The notes: generated by a model from the sequence alone, not told the origin. A DNA stretch of 64,000 bases from Candidatus Eiseniibacteriota bacterium (GCA_963702435.1 CAVPCR010000006.1:127135-191134), one strand, 5' to 3'; shown: positions 10,052-19,982, counted from the stretch's first letter. Numbers and translations are program-made.

Positions 10052-10938
10052 CTAGTGAACGCGGGCGGGCATCCGCTCCTTGAGCAGCGCCGGGATCTCC
10101 GACGGCACGCGCGCTACCGCCACTCCCGCCGCGGCGAAGGCCCGCATCTTCTCCTCGGCCGTGCCCGTCGCCCCCGAGATGATGGCGCCGGCATGTCCCA
10201 TGCGCTTCCCCGGCGGCGCCGTCTGTCCCGCGATGAAGGCGACGACCGGCTTCTTCAGGTGCTCGCGAATGAAGGCGGCCGCTTCCTGCTCGTCGGTGCC
10301 GCCGATCTCCCCGATCATGACGACCGCCTCGGTCTCCGGGTCCGCCTCGAACAGCGCGAGCACGTCGATGAAATTCGTGCCGATGATGGGATCGCCGCCG
10401 ATCCCGATGCAGGTCGACTGGCCGATGCCGGAATCCGAGAGCGGCTTGACCACCTCGTAGGTGAGCGTGCCCGTGCGGGAGACGACGACCGATCCGCCCG
10501 GGCTTGTGGATGTAGCCGGGCATGATGCCGAGCTTGGCCTTGCCGGGCGAGATCAGGCCCGGGCAGTTGGGCCCGACAAGCCGGGTCTTCTGGCTCCGCT
10601 CGAGGACCGACCACACGCCGAGCATGTCGGTCACCGGGATCCCCTCGGTGATCGCGACGACGAGCGGCAGCCCGGCGTCGGCCGCCTCGAGGATGGCGTC
10701 GGCCGCGAACGCGGCCGGGACGTAGATGACGGACGCGTTGGCGCCGGTCTGGGCGACGGCCTCGCGCACCGTGTTGAAGATCGGCATTCTCGTCGAAGCG
10801 GGTGCCGCCCTTGCCCGGGGTCACACCCGCGACGACCTTGGTGCCGTACTCGATCATGCCGCGCGCATGGAAGGACCCGTCCCGTCCGGTGATCCCCTGG
10901 ACGATGACGCGCGTCTTCTCGTCGATCAGGATGCTCAT
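10052..10938 (-). pseudogene. sucD: Succinyl-CoA ligase alpha subunit, split over three frames by two 1-nt indels (probably consensus errors)
   Basis: Piece 1, 10938-~10790: [50 protein letters not shown]. Piece 2, 10787-~10490: [11 protein letters not shown]...[14 protein letters not shown]. Piece 3, ~10487-10052: [16 protein letters not shown]...GIGGDPIIG...GHAGAIISG. Span length is 887 = 3n+2. Confidence 0.9.
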
Positions 10939-10960
10939 GGTCCTTTAGCCCTCCCCGGCC

Positions 10961-12115
10961 CTAAACCGCCGCGCCGACCGGGCGCGGGGTGCCGCCGGCG
11001 GCCGTGATCGCCTGGCGCACGCCTTCGTCCATCTGAGTGGTGGCGCTCAACCCGATGGCGGTCAGGATCTCGCGCGCCTTCTCCTCGTTGGTGCCCGTCA
11101 AGCGGATGACGATCGGCACCGCCGGCTTCCTCTTGGCGAGCGCCTGGGCGATGCCCTGGGCCACGTCGTCGCTACGCGTGATGCCGCCGAAGATGTTGAA
11201 GAGGATCGCCTTCACCTTGGGATCGGTGGCCAGGATATCCATCGCCGTGACCACCTTGTCGGGGTTCGAGCTGCCGCCGATGTCGAGGAAGTTGGCCGGC
11301 GAGCCGCCGAAGTGCTTGATCAGATCCATGGTGGCCATGGCGAGCCCCGCGCCGTTCACGACGCAGCCGATCTCGCCGTCGAGCTTGATGTAGGAGAGCC
11401 CCATCTGGCGGGCCTTCGCCTCGTTCGGATCCTCGTCCTCGCGCATCGCCTCCATGTCGGGATGGCGGTAGAGCGCGTTGTCGTCGAGGTTCACCTTGGC
11501 GTCGAGCGCCCACACCTTGCCGTCCTTGGTGACGACGAGGGGATTGATCTCGGCCAGCGAGGCGTCGGTGCGCGCGAAGGCCTGGCAGAGCTTGGGGAGG
11601 ATCGCGGCGATCTGGAGCGCCACCTCCCCGCGCGGCTCGATCGCGAAGCAGATCCGGCGCGCCTCGTGGGCGCGGAGCCCAACCGTCGGGTCGAAGTGGT
11701 GCTTCAAGATCTTCTCGGGGCTCGTCCGCGCCACTTCCTCGATGTCGATGCCGCCGGCCGCCGAGGCCATGATGACGGGCCGCCTGGCGGCCCGGTCGAG
11801 GATGATGCCGAGGTAGTACTCGTGCGCGATGTCGAGCTGCTCGGCCACGAGCACCTTGCGCACCGGGAGCCCCTTGATCGACATCCCGAGGATGGCGGTC
11901 GCCTTCTCCTCCGCTTCCTCGGGGGTGGCGGCCAGCTTGATGCCGCCGGCCTTGCCGCGACCGCCGGCGTGCACCTGGGCCTTGACCACGACCTTGCCGC
12001 CGAGCTCGCGGGCGATCGCCCGCGCCTCGGCGGGTGTGCGCGCGAGCTTTCCCTTCGGCACCGGCATGCCGGCCGCCGCGAAGAGGTCCTTCGCCTGGTA
12101 CTCGTGGATGTTCAC
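10961..12115 (-). CDS. sucC: Succinyl-CoA ligase beta subunit (ADP-forming)
   Basis: MNIHEYQAKDLF...VVKAQVHAGGRGKAGGIK...NIFGGITRSD, intact 384 aa. Confidence 0.96.
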   Translation of the reverse strand: MNIHEYQAKDLFAAAGMPVPKGKLARTPAEARAIARELGGKVVVKAQVHAGGRGKAGGIKLAATPEEAEEKATAILGMSIKGLPVRKVLVAEQLDIAHEYYLGIILDRAARRPVIMASAAGGIDIEEVARTSPEKILKHHFDPTVGLRAHEARRICFAIEPRGEVALQIAAILPKLCQAFARTDASLAEINPLVVTKDGKVWALDAKVNLDDNALYRHPDMEAMREDEDPNEAKARQMGLSYIKLDGEIGCVVNGAGLAMATMDLIKHFGGSPANFLDIGGSSNPDKVVTAMDILATDPKVKAILFNIFGGITRSDDVAQGIAQALAKRKPAVPIVIRLTGTNEEKAREILTAIGLSATTQMDEGVRQAITAAGGTPRPVGAAV

Positions 12116-12169
12116 TGGATCGTCTCCTTGATCCCGGGGCGCACCCCGCGCGGCGGCGAGTGCCGCGCG

Positions 12170-13522
12170 TCAGGCGGGCGCCGGGCGCTTGCCGCGAGAC
12201 AGAAGCAGAGCGATGGGGCCGGAGAGATCCGGCTGGCCGATCGGCTGCAACTCGTAGGTGACCCGCACGGCGGGCCGATCGAAGTGGATCAGACGCCGGA
12301 GATCGATCGGGGTGGCGATGACCACCGTGTCCGCCGGCACCGCCCGCACCGTGCGCTCGAGATCGGCGATCTGCTCGGCGCCGTAGCCCAGCGCCGGCAG
12401 GAGGTGTCCGATCCCCGGATACTGCTCGAAGGCGGCCTGGATGCGGCCGACGACATAGGGCCGCGGATCAATGATCGCGGCGGCACCGAACTTCCGCGCG
12501 GCCACCACCCCGGCCCCGTAGGTCATGCCGCCGTGGGTGAGGGTGGGACCGTCCTCGATCACGAGCACGCGCTTCCCGGCGACCTGGGCCGGATCGTCCA
12601 CCGTGATCGGCGAGGCGGCCTCGACCACGAGCGCCCGCGGGTTCACGCGGCGGATGTTCTCGCGCACCCGCTCCACGCCGCCCGGCGGGGCGCTCTCGAT
12701 CTTGTTGATCACGACGATATCGGCAAGCCGGAGGTTGGTCTCGCCCGGGTGATAGGTGAGCTCGTGCCCCGGGCGGTGCGGATCGGCGACCGTGATGGTC
12801 AGATCGGGCCGGTAGAAGGAGAAGTCGTTGTTGCCGCCGTCCCACAGGATGACGTCCGCCTCCTTCTCGGCCTCGGCCAGGATGGCCGCGTAGTCGACGC
12901 CGGCATACACGACGGTGCCGTTCTTGAGATGCGGCTCGTACTCCTCCCTCTCCTCGACCGTGCAGCGATGGCGATCGAGGTCCTCGAACGTGGCGAAACG
13001 CTGCACCGCCTGCTCGGCGAGCTCGCCGTAGGGCATCGGATGACGGATGGCGACCACGCGCTTGCCCGCCGCGCGCAGCAGGTTCGCGACGTAACGGGTG
13101 GTCTGGCTCTTGCCGCTGCCGGTGCGGGTGGCGACCACCGCCACCACCGGCACCCGCGCCTCGAGCATGGTCGCGCGCGGCCCGAGCAGGCGGAAATCGC
13201 AGCCGAGCGCCGCGGCGCGCGAGGCCGCGTGCATCACGTACTCGTGCGAGACATCAGAGTAGGCAAAGATGATCTCGTCGGCGCCGTGCTCCGCGACTAT
13301 CGCCTCGAGCTCGGACTCGGGGCGGATCGGGATGCCGCTCGGGTAGTGCGGCCCGGCGAGCGCGGCCGGGTAGGTGCGCGTATCGATCCCGGGGATCTGG
13401 GTGGCCGTGAACGCCACGACGCGGGTGTGCGGATCACCGCGAAAAACGACGTTGAAGTTGTGGAAATCGCGCCCGCCCGCGCCCATGATGATCGCCTTCT
13501 TCGGCGGCGTGTTCGCCTGCAT
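12170..13522 (-). CDS. Cyclic 2,3-diphosphoglycerate synthetase-like P-loop protein (COG2403-type predicted GTPase)
   Basis: 450 aa with KKAIIMGAGGRDFHNFN, a Walker A-like TRTGSGKSQTT, ILWDGGNNDF and VINKIE. The resemblance to the archaeal cDPG synthetase family is from memory only. Confidence 0.6.
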   Translation of the reverse strand: MQANTPPKKAIIMGAGGRDFHNFNVVFRGDPHTRVVAFTATQIPGIDTRTYPAALAGPHYPSGIPIRPESELEAIVAEHGADEIIFAYSDVSHEYVMHAASRAAALGCDFRLLGPRATMLEARVPVVAVVATRTGSGKSQTTRYVANLLRAAGKRVVAIRHPMPYGELAEQAVQRFATFEDLDRHRCTVEEREEYEPHLKNGTVVYAGVDYAAILAEAEKEADVILWDGGNNDFSFYRPDLTITVADPHRPGHELTYHPGETNLRLADIVVINKIESAPPGGVERVRENIRRVNPRALVVEAASPITVDDPAQVAGKRVLVIEDGPTLTHGGMTYGAGVVAARKFGAAAIIDPRPYVVGRIQAAFEQYPGIGHLLPALGYGAEQIADLERTVRAVPADTVVIATPIDLRRLIHFDRPAVRVTYELQPIGQPDLSGPIALLLSRGKRPAPA

Positions 13523-13576
13523 GCAGCGTCCCCCCGCTTCAAGTCCACCTGGTGTCCTGGCCGCGCGGCGAGCCAG

Positions 13577-13618
13577 GAGAAAAAGAAAAGGCTAGCCACC
13601 GCGTGCGGTGAACTAGCC
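13577..13618 (-). terminator. Rho-independent terminator after hldC
   Basis: The minus strand reads GGCTAGTTCACCGCACGCGGTGGCTAGCC followed by TTTTCTTTTTCTCC. It is a nested GC-rich hairpin plus a T-tract, ~120 nt downstream of the hldC stop. Confidence 0.65.
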
Positions 13619-13738
13619 CCCCGACGAGCCGGTTCCGTTGCCCGCACCTCCGCCCTCACCTCGACCGCGAATCCCGGGCGCGGGGCCGGGAAACGCTAGC
13701 ATTGCGCGACGCAGCGGGTCAAGGCCGCGCCGCGCGCC

Positions 13739-14215
13739 CTACGGGACCGGCCGGCGCAGGCGCGCGATGGTCTCGGTGGTCGAGTGGCCGGGACGGAACG
13801 GGATCAGCACGACGCGACCGCCGGCGGCCTCCACCGTGTCGCGACCGACGACGGCGGCGAGCGTGTAGTCGGCGCCCTTGGCGAGGACGTCGGGCACGAG
13901 GGCGGCGATCAGCGCCGCCGGCGTGTCCTCGGTGAAGATCACCACGCGGTCGACGGCGGCGAGTGCGGCGAGGACATGGGTGCGGTCGTCCGCGGCGGTG
14001 AGCGGCCGGCCCGGCCCCTTCAGTCGCCGCACCGAGTCGTCGTCGTTGACGCCGACGACGAGGGCGTCGCCGAGGGCGCGCGCCGCGGCCAGGTACTCGA
14101 CGTGGCCGCGATGGAGGAGATCGAAGCAGCCATTGGTGAAGACGACCCGCCGCCCCGCCTGTCGCAATTCCTCGCGCCAGAGCACAGCTTCCTCGCGAGT
14201 CACGACCTGGCCCAT
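13739..14215 (-). CDS. hldC: D-glycero-beta-D-manno-heptose-1-phosphate adenylyltransferase (RfaE domain II type, cytidylyltransferase fold)
   Basis: [19 protein letters not shown]...[17 protein letters not shown]...VVIFTEDTP. Confidence 0.85.
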   Translation of the reverse strand: MGQVVTREEAVLWREELRQAGRRVVFTNGCFDLLHRGHVEYLAAARALGDALVVGVNDDDSVRRLKGPGRPLTAADDRTHVLAALAAVDRVVIFTEDTPAALIAALVPDVLAKGADYTLAAVVGRDTVEAAGGRVVLIPFRPGHSTTETIARLRRPVP

Positions 14216-14233
14216 GGCGTTCTCCCGTTCCCC

Positions 14234-15238
14234 TCAGCCGTTCTGCGCCAGAGACTCGCGGAGCGCGGCCACCGTCGTGGTGGCGGTACCGATCTCGCGG
14301 ATGACGAGCCCGGCGGCATGGTTGGCGATCAGGGCGGCCACCTTGCGATCCGCGCCGGCGGCGAGCGCCAGGGCGAAGGCGGCGACCACCGTGTCGCCGG
14401 CTCCGGTCACGTCGTACACCTCCTGGGCCACGGTCGGGAAGTGCGTGTGCTCGGCCGGCAATTCGAAGAGCGACATCCCCTGCTCGCTGCGGGTGATGAG
14501 GACGGCCTCGCACCCGAGCCGCGCCAGGAGTCCGAACCCCGCCGCCTCGAGCCCCGCCTCGTCCTGGATGCGCCGGCCGTAGGCGTTCCCCGCCTCGGTC
14601 AGGTTCGGGGTGATGACGCTCACGGCGCGATAGGCATCGAAGTGGGACTCCTTGGGATCCACGCACACCGGCACCCCGGCCGCCGCCGCGCGCGCGAGCA
14701 CGGCGACGAGGAGATCGCGCTCGATGACCCCCTTCCCGTAGTCGGAGATGACGAGCGCGCCGGCGCCGGGGAGCGCGGCGGCGATCTCCCGCTCGAGCTC
14801 GGCCGCGACCGCCGGCGAGATCGGGGCCACGTCTTCCTGATCGGCGCGCACCACCTGCTGATGATGGGCGATGATGCGCGTCTTCTGCGTGGTGCGGCGG
14901 GCAGGATCGGCCTTCAGGTGATCGGCGGCGAGCCCGCGTGCCGCGAGCGCGGCGCCGAGCGCGGCCGCTGTCGCGTCGTCCCCGGTCACGCCCACGAGCA
15001 CCGGGACGCCGCCGAGCGCATGCACGTTGTCGGCGACGTTGGCGGCCCCGCCGAGACGCACCGTCTCGCGGTTGACCTCGACGATCGGCACCGGAGCTTC
15101 CGGGGAGATCCGCCGCACGGCCCCCCACAGATAGCGATCGAGCATGACGTCGCCGAGGACGACGATGCGCCGGCCGGGGAAGCGGCCGAAAGCCGCCTCG
15201 ATGCGCTCGCGCGGGATCGCGACCCGATGAGCTCCCAT
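14234..15238 (-). CDS. hldA: D-glycero-beta-D-manno-heptose-7-phosphate kinase (RfaE domain I type, PfkB family)
   Basis: IVVLGDVMLDRYLWG...ISPEAPVP...LGGAANVA...ITPNLTEA...DVTGAGDTV. Confidence 0.85.
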   Translation of the reverse strand: MGAHRVAIPRERIEAAFGRFPGRRIVVLGDVMLDRYLWGAVRRISPEAPVPIVEVNRETVRLGGAANVADNVHALGGVPVLVGVTGDDATAAALGAALAARGLAADHLKADPARRTTQKTRIIAHHQQVVRADQEDVAPISPAVAAELEREIAAALPGAGALVISDYGKGVIERDLLVAVLARAAAAGVPVCVDPKESHFDAYRAVSVITPNLTEAGNAYGRRIQDEAGLEAAGFGLLARLGCEAVLITRSEQGMSLFELPAEHTHFPTVAQEVYDVTGAGDTVVAAFALALAAGADRKVAALIANHAAGLVIREIGTATTTVAALRESLAQNG

Positions 15239-15310
15239 GGCGCGCGAAGCTACACCGGTCTCCGCACGAGATCAAGCCGGCACGCCGCCGCCGGCGCGTC
15301 CTGCCATCCG

Positions 15311-16072
15311 CTACATGAGACCACGGCCCTTCAGGCTCACGTACTTCCCGTGCCCGATGACGAGATGGTCGAGCACCTCGATGCCGAGGAGAAGGCCCAC
15401 CTCGACCAGCCGCCGGGTGAGAGCCAGATCGTCGTCCGACGGCTCGGGATCGCCCGACGGATGGTTGTGCACGATGATGATGCTCGCGGCGCGGCGCTCG
15501 AGCGCGGGTGCGAACACCTCGCGCGGGTGGACGATCGATGCGCTCAGGCTGCCGACAGAGATGGTCTCGCGGGCGAGCACGCGGTTGCGCGCGTCCAGGT
15601 AGAAGGCGACGAAGTGCTCCCGGCGCGCGAGTTCGAGATCGCGCGCCACGGCGTGCACATCGGCGGCCTGGACGAGCGCGCGCGCGCCGCCATCGGGCCG
15701 GTAGAGCCGCCGGCCGAGCTCGAAGCAGGCGGAGAGGAGCGCCGCTTCCGCCGGCCGGAGTCCCGGCGTCTCGAGCCACCCCGCGCACCCGAGGAGCGCG
15801 AGCTCCGGGAGGTCCGCCCGTTCCGTGAGGAGGCGGACGAGCCGCCGGTCGCGGCCGCTCGGCGCGCCGCGCCCGACGACGAGGGCGAAGAGCTCGAGAT
15901 CCGAGAGGGACTGCGGGCCCTCCTCCCCGATCCGGTCCCCGAGCGACTTCGCCGCCGCGACCGCTCCCCCGCCCGCCCGCATCGAGGGACCACGCTCGGC
16001 GCGGAGCACCGTCTCCGTGCTCCGCCCCCCGGACGCGCGGGACCCGGGTGCGTCCGGACCAGGGACGGCCAT
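15311..16072 (-). CDS. radC: RadC-like JAMM-motif protein (UPF0758)
   Basis: C-terminal ...SIVHPREVF..AL...AASIIIVHNHPSGDPEPSDDDLALTRRLVEVGLLLGIEVLDHLVIG. The start is uncertain (16072 or 16132). Confidence 0.85.
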   Translation of the reverse strand: MAVPGPDAPGSRASGGRSTETVLRAERGPSMRAGGGAVAAAKSLGDRIGEEGPQSLSDLELFALVVGRGAPSGRDRRLVRLLTERADLPELALLGCAGWLETPGLRPAEAALLSACFELGRRLYRPDGGARALVQAADVHAVARDLELARREHFVAFYLDARNRVLARETISVGSLSASIVHPREVFAPALERRAASIIIVHNHPSGDPEPSDDDLALTRRLVEVGLLLGIEVLDHLVIGHGKYVSLKGRGLM

Positions 16073-16450
16073 GCCTTCGCTGCGTGCAACGTATCCACCG
16101 CCAACTGGTCCGTTCCGCGACGATGCATGCATGGCACGAGCTCCGTCTCAAGTCCGTCAGCGCCCTCGCCCCCGGCGGAGGAGACGACGAGTCGTCTCCT
16201 CGGCGGGGGGCGCCCCGCGCGTCCGAGGTCCTGTCCGCGTGAACGGCGGCATGACGTCCTGAAGCGAAGGCCGTGCCAGACGTGAGGAGCGACCGGGCGG
16301 GACGCGCGCGGCGGGCGCCGATCGATCGCACGCGGGCCGGGGTCAAGAGGTTGCCCGCGGGGCGGTGGTCTTCGTGCAGGGCGGGTCGCCCGCCCATCCC
16401 CCGGCCGGAGCGTCAGGCCGTCGCCGGCGTGGTCGGTGCCGGACACGGCG

Positions 16451-16479
16451 GTGACAGGCGGCGGCGTCCCGCCTATACT
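16451..16479 (+). promoter_or_regulatory. Possible sigma70-type promoter GTGACA-N17-TATACT
   Basis: Near-consensus hexamers with 17-nt spacing in a 765-bp non-coding gap, ~360 nt upstream of the 16839 ATG. Confidence 0.35.
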
Positions 16480-16838
16480 CCGCGCCCGTCGCGCCGGTCG
16501 CGCGGGCCGGTGACCGCGCGGGCCGGCCGGTCGACCCCGCGCGGCCGGAACTCGCGGCGGAGGCCGGGGTAGAGGCTGGCAGGCGCCGGCGGGCTCTACG
16601 TTCCCCGGCAGCGGACCTTCCGCGCACGAGCCGGCCGGCCGGGGTCGGCCGGCGGCCGATTACCTCCTGGAGACCAGAGCGGCGGATGATCTCGACCCTG
16701 CGGCAGGCTGGCGCCGCCCCGACCGGCACTTCGCCCGCGCCCCCCCCGGAGAGGATCGCCCGCCCCGGGGCCGGATTGCCGCGTCTCGTTGCCTGCGCAC
16801 TCCCGCTCTGCCATCGCTCCGTGCTCGAGTAGAGGACC

Positions 16839-19800
16839 ATGAATCGACGACCGCTCATCGCACCCGCGGCGCTCCTCGCCGCCGCCATGCTCGCAGCGCT
16901 CCTCGCGCCGGCCGCCGCCCCCGCGGGGAACCGGAGCGAGCTCGAATGGCAGACCCTCAAGACCGAGCACTTCGAGGTCCACTTCCACCAGGGCACCGAG
17001 GGCACCGCCCGGCGCGCCGCGGCCATCGCCGAGGAGATCTACCCGGCGATCACCGGGCTCTACGACTACAAGCCCAAGCCGCCCACGCACCTCATCATCA
17101 TCGACACCGACGACTACGCCAACGGCGCCGCCTTCTACTACGACGACAAGATCGAGATCTGGGCCACCGCGCTCGAGTTCGAGCTGCGCGGCACCCATAC
17201 CTGGCTCCGCGATGTGATCACGCACGAGTTCACCCACATCGTGTCGCTGCAGGCCGCCCAGCGCATGCCGCACTTCATGCCCGCGGTCTACCTCCAGGAC
17301 TTCGGCTATGAAGAGGAGAAGCGCACCGACGTGCTCATCGGCTATCCCAACATCATCTACTCGTACCCGTGGCCGGGCACCACGATGGCGGCCTGGTTCG
17401 CCGAGGGCGTGTCCCAGTACCAGACCCGCGACGTCTACAACGACTGGTGGGACTCGCACCGCGACATGCTGCTCCGGATGGCGGCGCTCGACGGCACCCT
17501 CCTCACCTACGACCAGATGGGCGGCTTCGGCGGGACCGGTCTCGAGTCCGAGATGGTCTACAACCAGGGCAACTCGCTCGTCCGCTACATCGCGGAGCAC
17601 TACGGCGAGGAGTCACTCGAGACCGTGGCCAAGGGTCTCAAGTCGATCTGGCGCCTGGACATGGACGCAGCCTTCCGCGAGGGGACCGGGAAGAGCGGGC
17701 CCGAGTTGTACAACGAGTGGAAGGAGGCGATCACCGCCGACTACCGGGCGGTCGCGACGGCGATCGCACCCGCGGCGATCGAGGGCACGGTGGTCTCGAA
17801 CGGCGGCTATTTGAACCTCTACCCGGCCTGGCGTCCCGGCACCGGATCGCTCTACTGGGCCTCGAACGAGGGGCGCGACTACGGCCAGCTCACCCTCGTC
17901 AAGCTCGACTCGGGCGCGGTGGCGCGCGCCGCAGCCGGGCCCGGCGCCCGGGGCGGGCGGGGGGACCTCCGCGGCGACACGCCGGAGCCGGTCACGAGCG
18001 GCATCTCGACCCCGCTCGCGATCGCCGCCGACGGCAGCCGCGCCTACTTCTCGAAGCGCACCAATGAGAATCCCCACGGCTACCGCGTGAACGACGTCTA
18101 CGTGCTCGACCTCACGTCCGACAAGGAGAAGGACGATCGGCTCACCCACGCGCTCCGGGCGAAGGACCCGGCGATCTCCGCGGACGGGAGCCGGATCGCG
18201 GCGGTCGTGAACGGCGACGGCACCAACCAGGTCGTGATCCTCGATCGGGAAGGCAAGCTCGAGAAGACGATCACGGCGAGTGCTCACGGCACTCAGTACT
18301 TCACGCCGCGGTGGTCGGCCGACGGCCGCTCGCTCCTCCTCTGCGTGTTCCGCGGGCTCTCCCGCGATATCCTGCTGATCGACGCGGACACCGGCGCCGA
18401 GCAGATGGTGGTCGAGTCACCGGCCGACGAGCGCGACCCCTGCTACATCCCCGGCGAGAAGGCGATCCTCTACGCGTCGGATCGCTCGGGGATCTTCAAC
18501 ATCTACCGCCGCGATCTCGAGAGCGGCGAGGTGACCCAGGTCACCAACCTGGTCGGCGGCGCCTTCTATCCGAACGTGGCCGCGGACGGCAAGCTCGCCT
18601 TCAGCGCCTACACCGGGCACGGCTACGAGGTGCGCGTGCTCGAGCGCACCGCCTGGGGTCGGCTCCCGGTGCCCGCCACCCCCACCGATCCGCGCGGCGA
18701 CTACCGCCTCGCCGCGGCGGGCCCGAGCGCGCTCGGCTTCGAGGGCCAGGAGGTCGGCTACACCGGCGAGGCGACACGCTACAAGCTCAGCTATCCGACG
18801 ACCCACTTCATGCCGCGACTGGTGATCGATGACGGGCGCGTTCGCCTCGGCTTCTACATGGGGTCGAACGAGATCCTCGACAAGCAGGCGATCACCGCCG
18901 GCGGCGCCGTCGGGCGGCGCTACGACGGGTTCGAGTTCGAGCTGTTCGGCGGGTACGAGAACCGGCAGCTCCCGGTGGCCATCCTCCTCGATGCTTACCG
19001 CGTGCGGCGCCGGGACGTGAGCGTCGAGCAGAGTGAGATCGTGCCGGGGTCGGGCGTGCCCCACGGCGGCGAGGTCCGCCCGGTCAGCTTCGAGACGCGC
19101 TACGACCTGGTCGAGGCCGACGCCGGCGCCCGCTACGAGTGGGGCGAGCGCTACAGCGTGACCTACTGGAAGAACCTCGCGCTCCTCTACACCTACCAGG
19201 ACTACAACATCAACCTGTTCGCCACCGACGAGGAGGACGGCTCCTTCTACGGCAAGGACGGCTGGAGCTATTACCGCGGGAACATCCTCGGCCTCCACTT
19301 CGATTACCGGAAGATCGAGCGGGCGATGGACTCGGACGTGAACCCGCGCGGCGGGCGGACCATCTCTGCGCGCGTCGCCCACACCTGGGCGGGGCTCAAT
19401 CCCTCGGGCATCCGCAGCCTCGAGGATTTCCAGCCCGTCTACGAGGACAACAACTTCAACGAGATCGAGGTGGACTGGCGCGAGCACGTGGCGCTGCCGT
19501 GGGGCCGGCACACCCTCGAGGTCCGCGCGCGCGGCGGGGTCATCGACAACCCCGAGGTCGACGACTTCTTCTTCTTCGCCGTGGGCTCGAAGCCGGGGCT
19601 GCGCGGCTACACCTACTTCTCGGCGCAGGGGCGAAAGCTCGGGATCGGCGCGCTCACCTACCGCTTCCCGATCTTCCGGCGCATCGACAAGCAGGTCTCA
19701 CCGCTCCTCATCCACCGGCTGTACGGAGGGGTCTTCTACGAGGCCGGCAACGTGTGGAACGACGAGGGAGTGAGCGGGCTATCCGGGGACGAGCTGCTCA

Positions 19801-19943
19801 CCGACGCCGGGTTCGAGCTCCGCGCCGACATGACCTCGTTCTACTCGTACCCGGCCGCCTTCTATGTCGAGGGCGCCCGCGGCCTGTCCGGCTACCTGGA
19901 CGAGGAGTGGCACTTCTACTCGGGCCTGCTCTTCGGCTTCTAG
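16839..19943 (+). CDS. Secreted multidomain protein: peptidase-MA-like HExxH domain + TolB-like PD40 beta-propeller + C-terminal Omp85/surface-antigen-like beta-barrel
   Basis: Signal peptide MNRRPLIAPAALLAAAMLAALLAPAAAPA. Zinc motif VITHEFTHIV. Repeated PD40-like blocks (DPAISADGSRIAAV, PRWSADGRSLL, YASDRSGIFNIYR, PNVAADGKLAF). The barrel-like C-terminus ends ...HFYSGLLFGF. Confidence 0.75.
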   Translation: MNRRPLIAPAALLAAAMLAALLAPAAAPAGNRSELEWQTLKTEHFEVHFHQGTEGTARRAAAIAEEIYPAITGLYDYKPKPPTHLIIIDTDDYANGAAFYYDDKIEIWATALEFELRGTHTWLRDVITHEFTHIVSLQAAQRMPHFMPAVYLQDFGYEEEKRTDVLIGYPNIIYSYPWPGTTMAAWFAEGVSQYQTRDVYNDWWDSHRDMLLRMAALDGTLLTYDQMGGFGGTGLESEMVYNQGNSLVRYIAEHYGEESLETVAKGLKSIWRLDMDAAFREGTGKSGPELYNEWKEAITADYRAVATAIAPAAIEGTVVSNGGYLNLYPAWRPGTGSLYWASNEGRDYGQLTLVKLDSGAVARAAAGPGARGGRGDLRGDTPEPVTSGISTPLAIAADGSRAYFSKRTNENPHGYRVNDVYVLDLTSDKEKDDRLTHALRAKDPAISADGSRIAAVVNGDGTNQVVILDREGKLEKTITASAHGTQYFTPRWSADGRSLLLCVFRGLSRDILLIDADTGAEQMVVESPADERDPCYIPGEKAILYASDRSGIFNIYRRDLESGEVTQVTNLVGGAFYPNVAADGKLAFSAYTGHGYEVRVLERTAWGRLPVPATPTDPRGDYRLAAAGPSALGFEGQEVGYTGEATRYKLSYPTTHFMPRLVIDDGRVRLGFYMGSNEILDKQAITAGGAVGRRYDGFEFELFGGYENRQLPVAILLDAYRVRRRDVSVEQSEIVPGSGVPHGGEVRPVSFETRYDLVEADAGARYEWGERYSVTYWKNLALLYTYQDYNINLFATDEEDGSFYGKDGWSYYRGNILGLHFDYRKIERAMDSDVNPRGGRTISARVAHTWAGLNPSGIRSLEDFQPVYEDNNFNEIEVDWREHVALPWGRHTLEVRARGGVIDNPEVDDFFFFAVGSKPGLRGYTYFSAQGRKLGIGALTYRFPIFRRIDKQVSPLLIHRLYGGVFYEAGNVWNDEGVSGLSGDELLTDAGFELRADMTSFYSYPAAFYVEGARGLSGYLDEEWHFYSGLLFGF

Positions 19944-19982
19944 ACGGGTCGCCGCTTCCTGCGCCTGGCCGTCCTCGCGAAG

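Noticed and set aside
15311-16072. radC as a marker of a mobile or defence island
   Set aside because: There is no integrase, transposase, toxin-antitoxin or flanking repeats nearby. The neighbours are heptose biosynthesis genes and an OMP gene.
13719-16397. 892-aa minus-strand ORF, and similar giants: 6684-9362 (+), 21933-24848 (-), 55571-57682 upstream part, 11312-13699 (+), 16596-17600 (-).
   Set aside because: The translations are Arg/Pro/Gly/Ala-rich with no motifs. They overlap, antisense or out of frame, genes with clear conserved products. These are the typical shadow ORFs of very GC-rich DNA.
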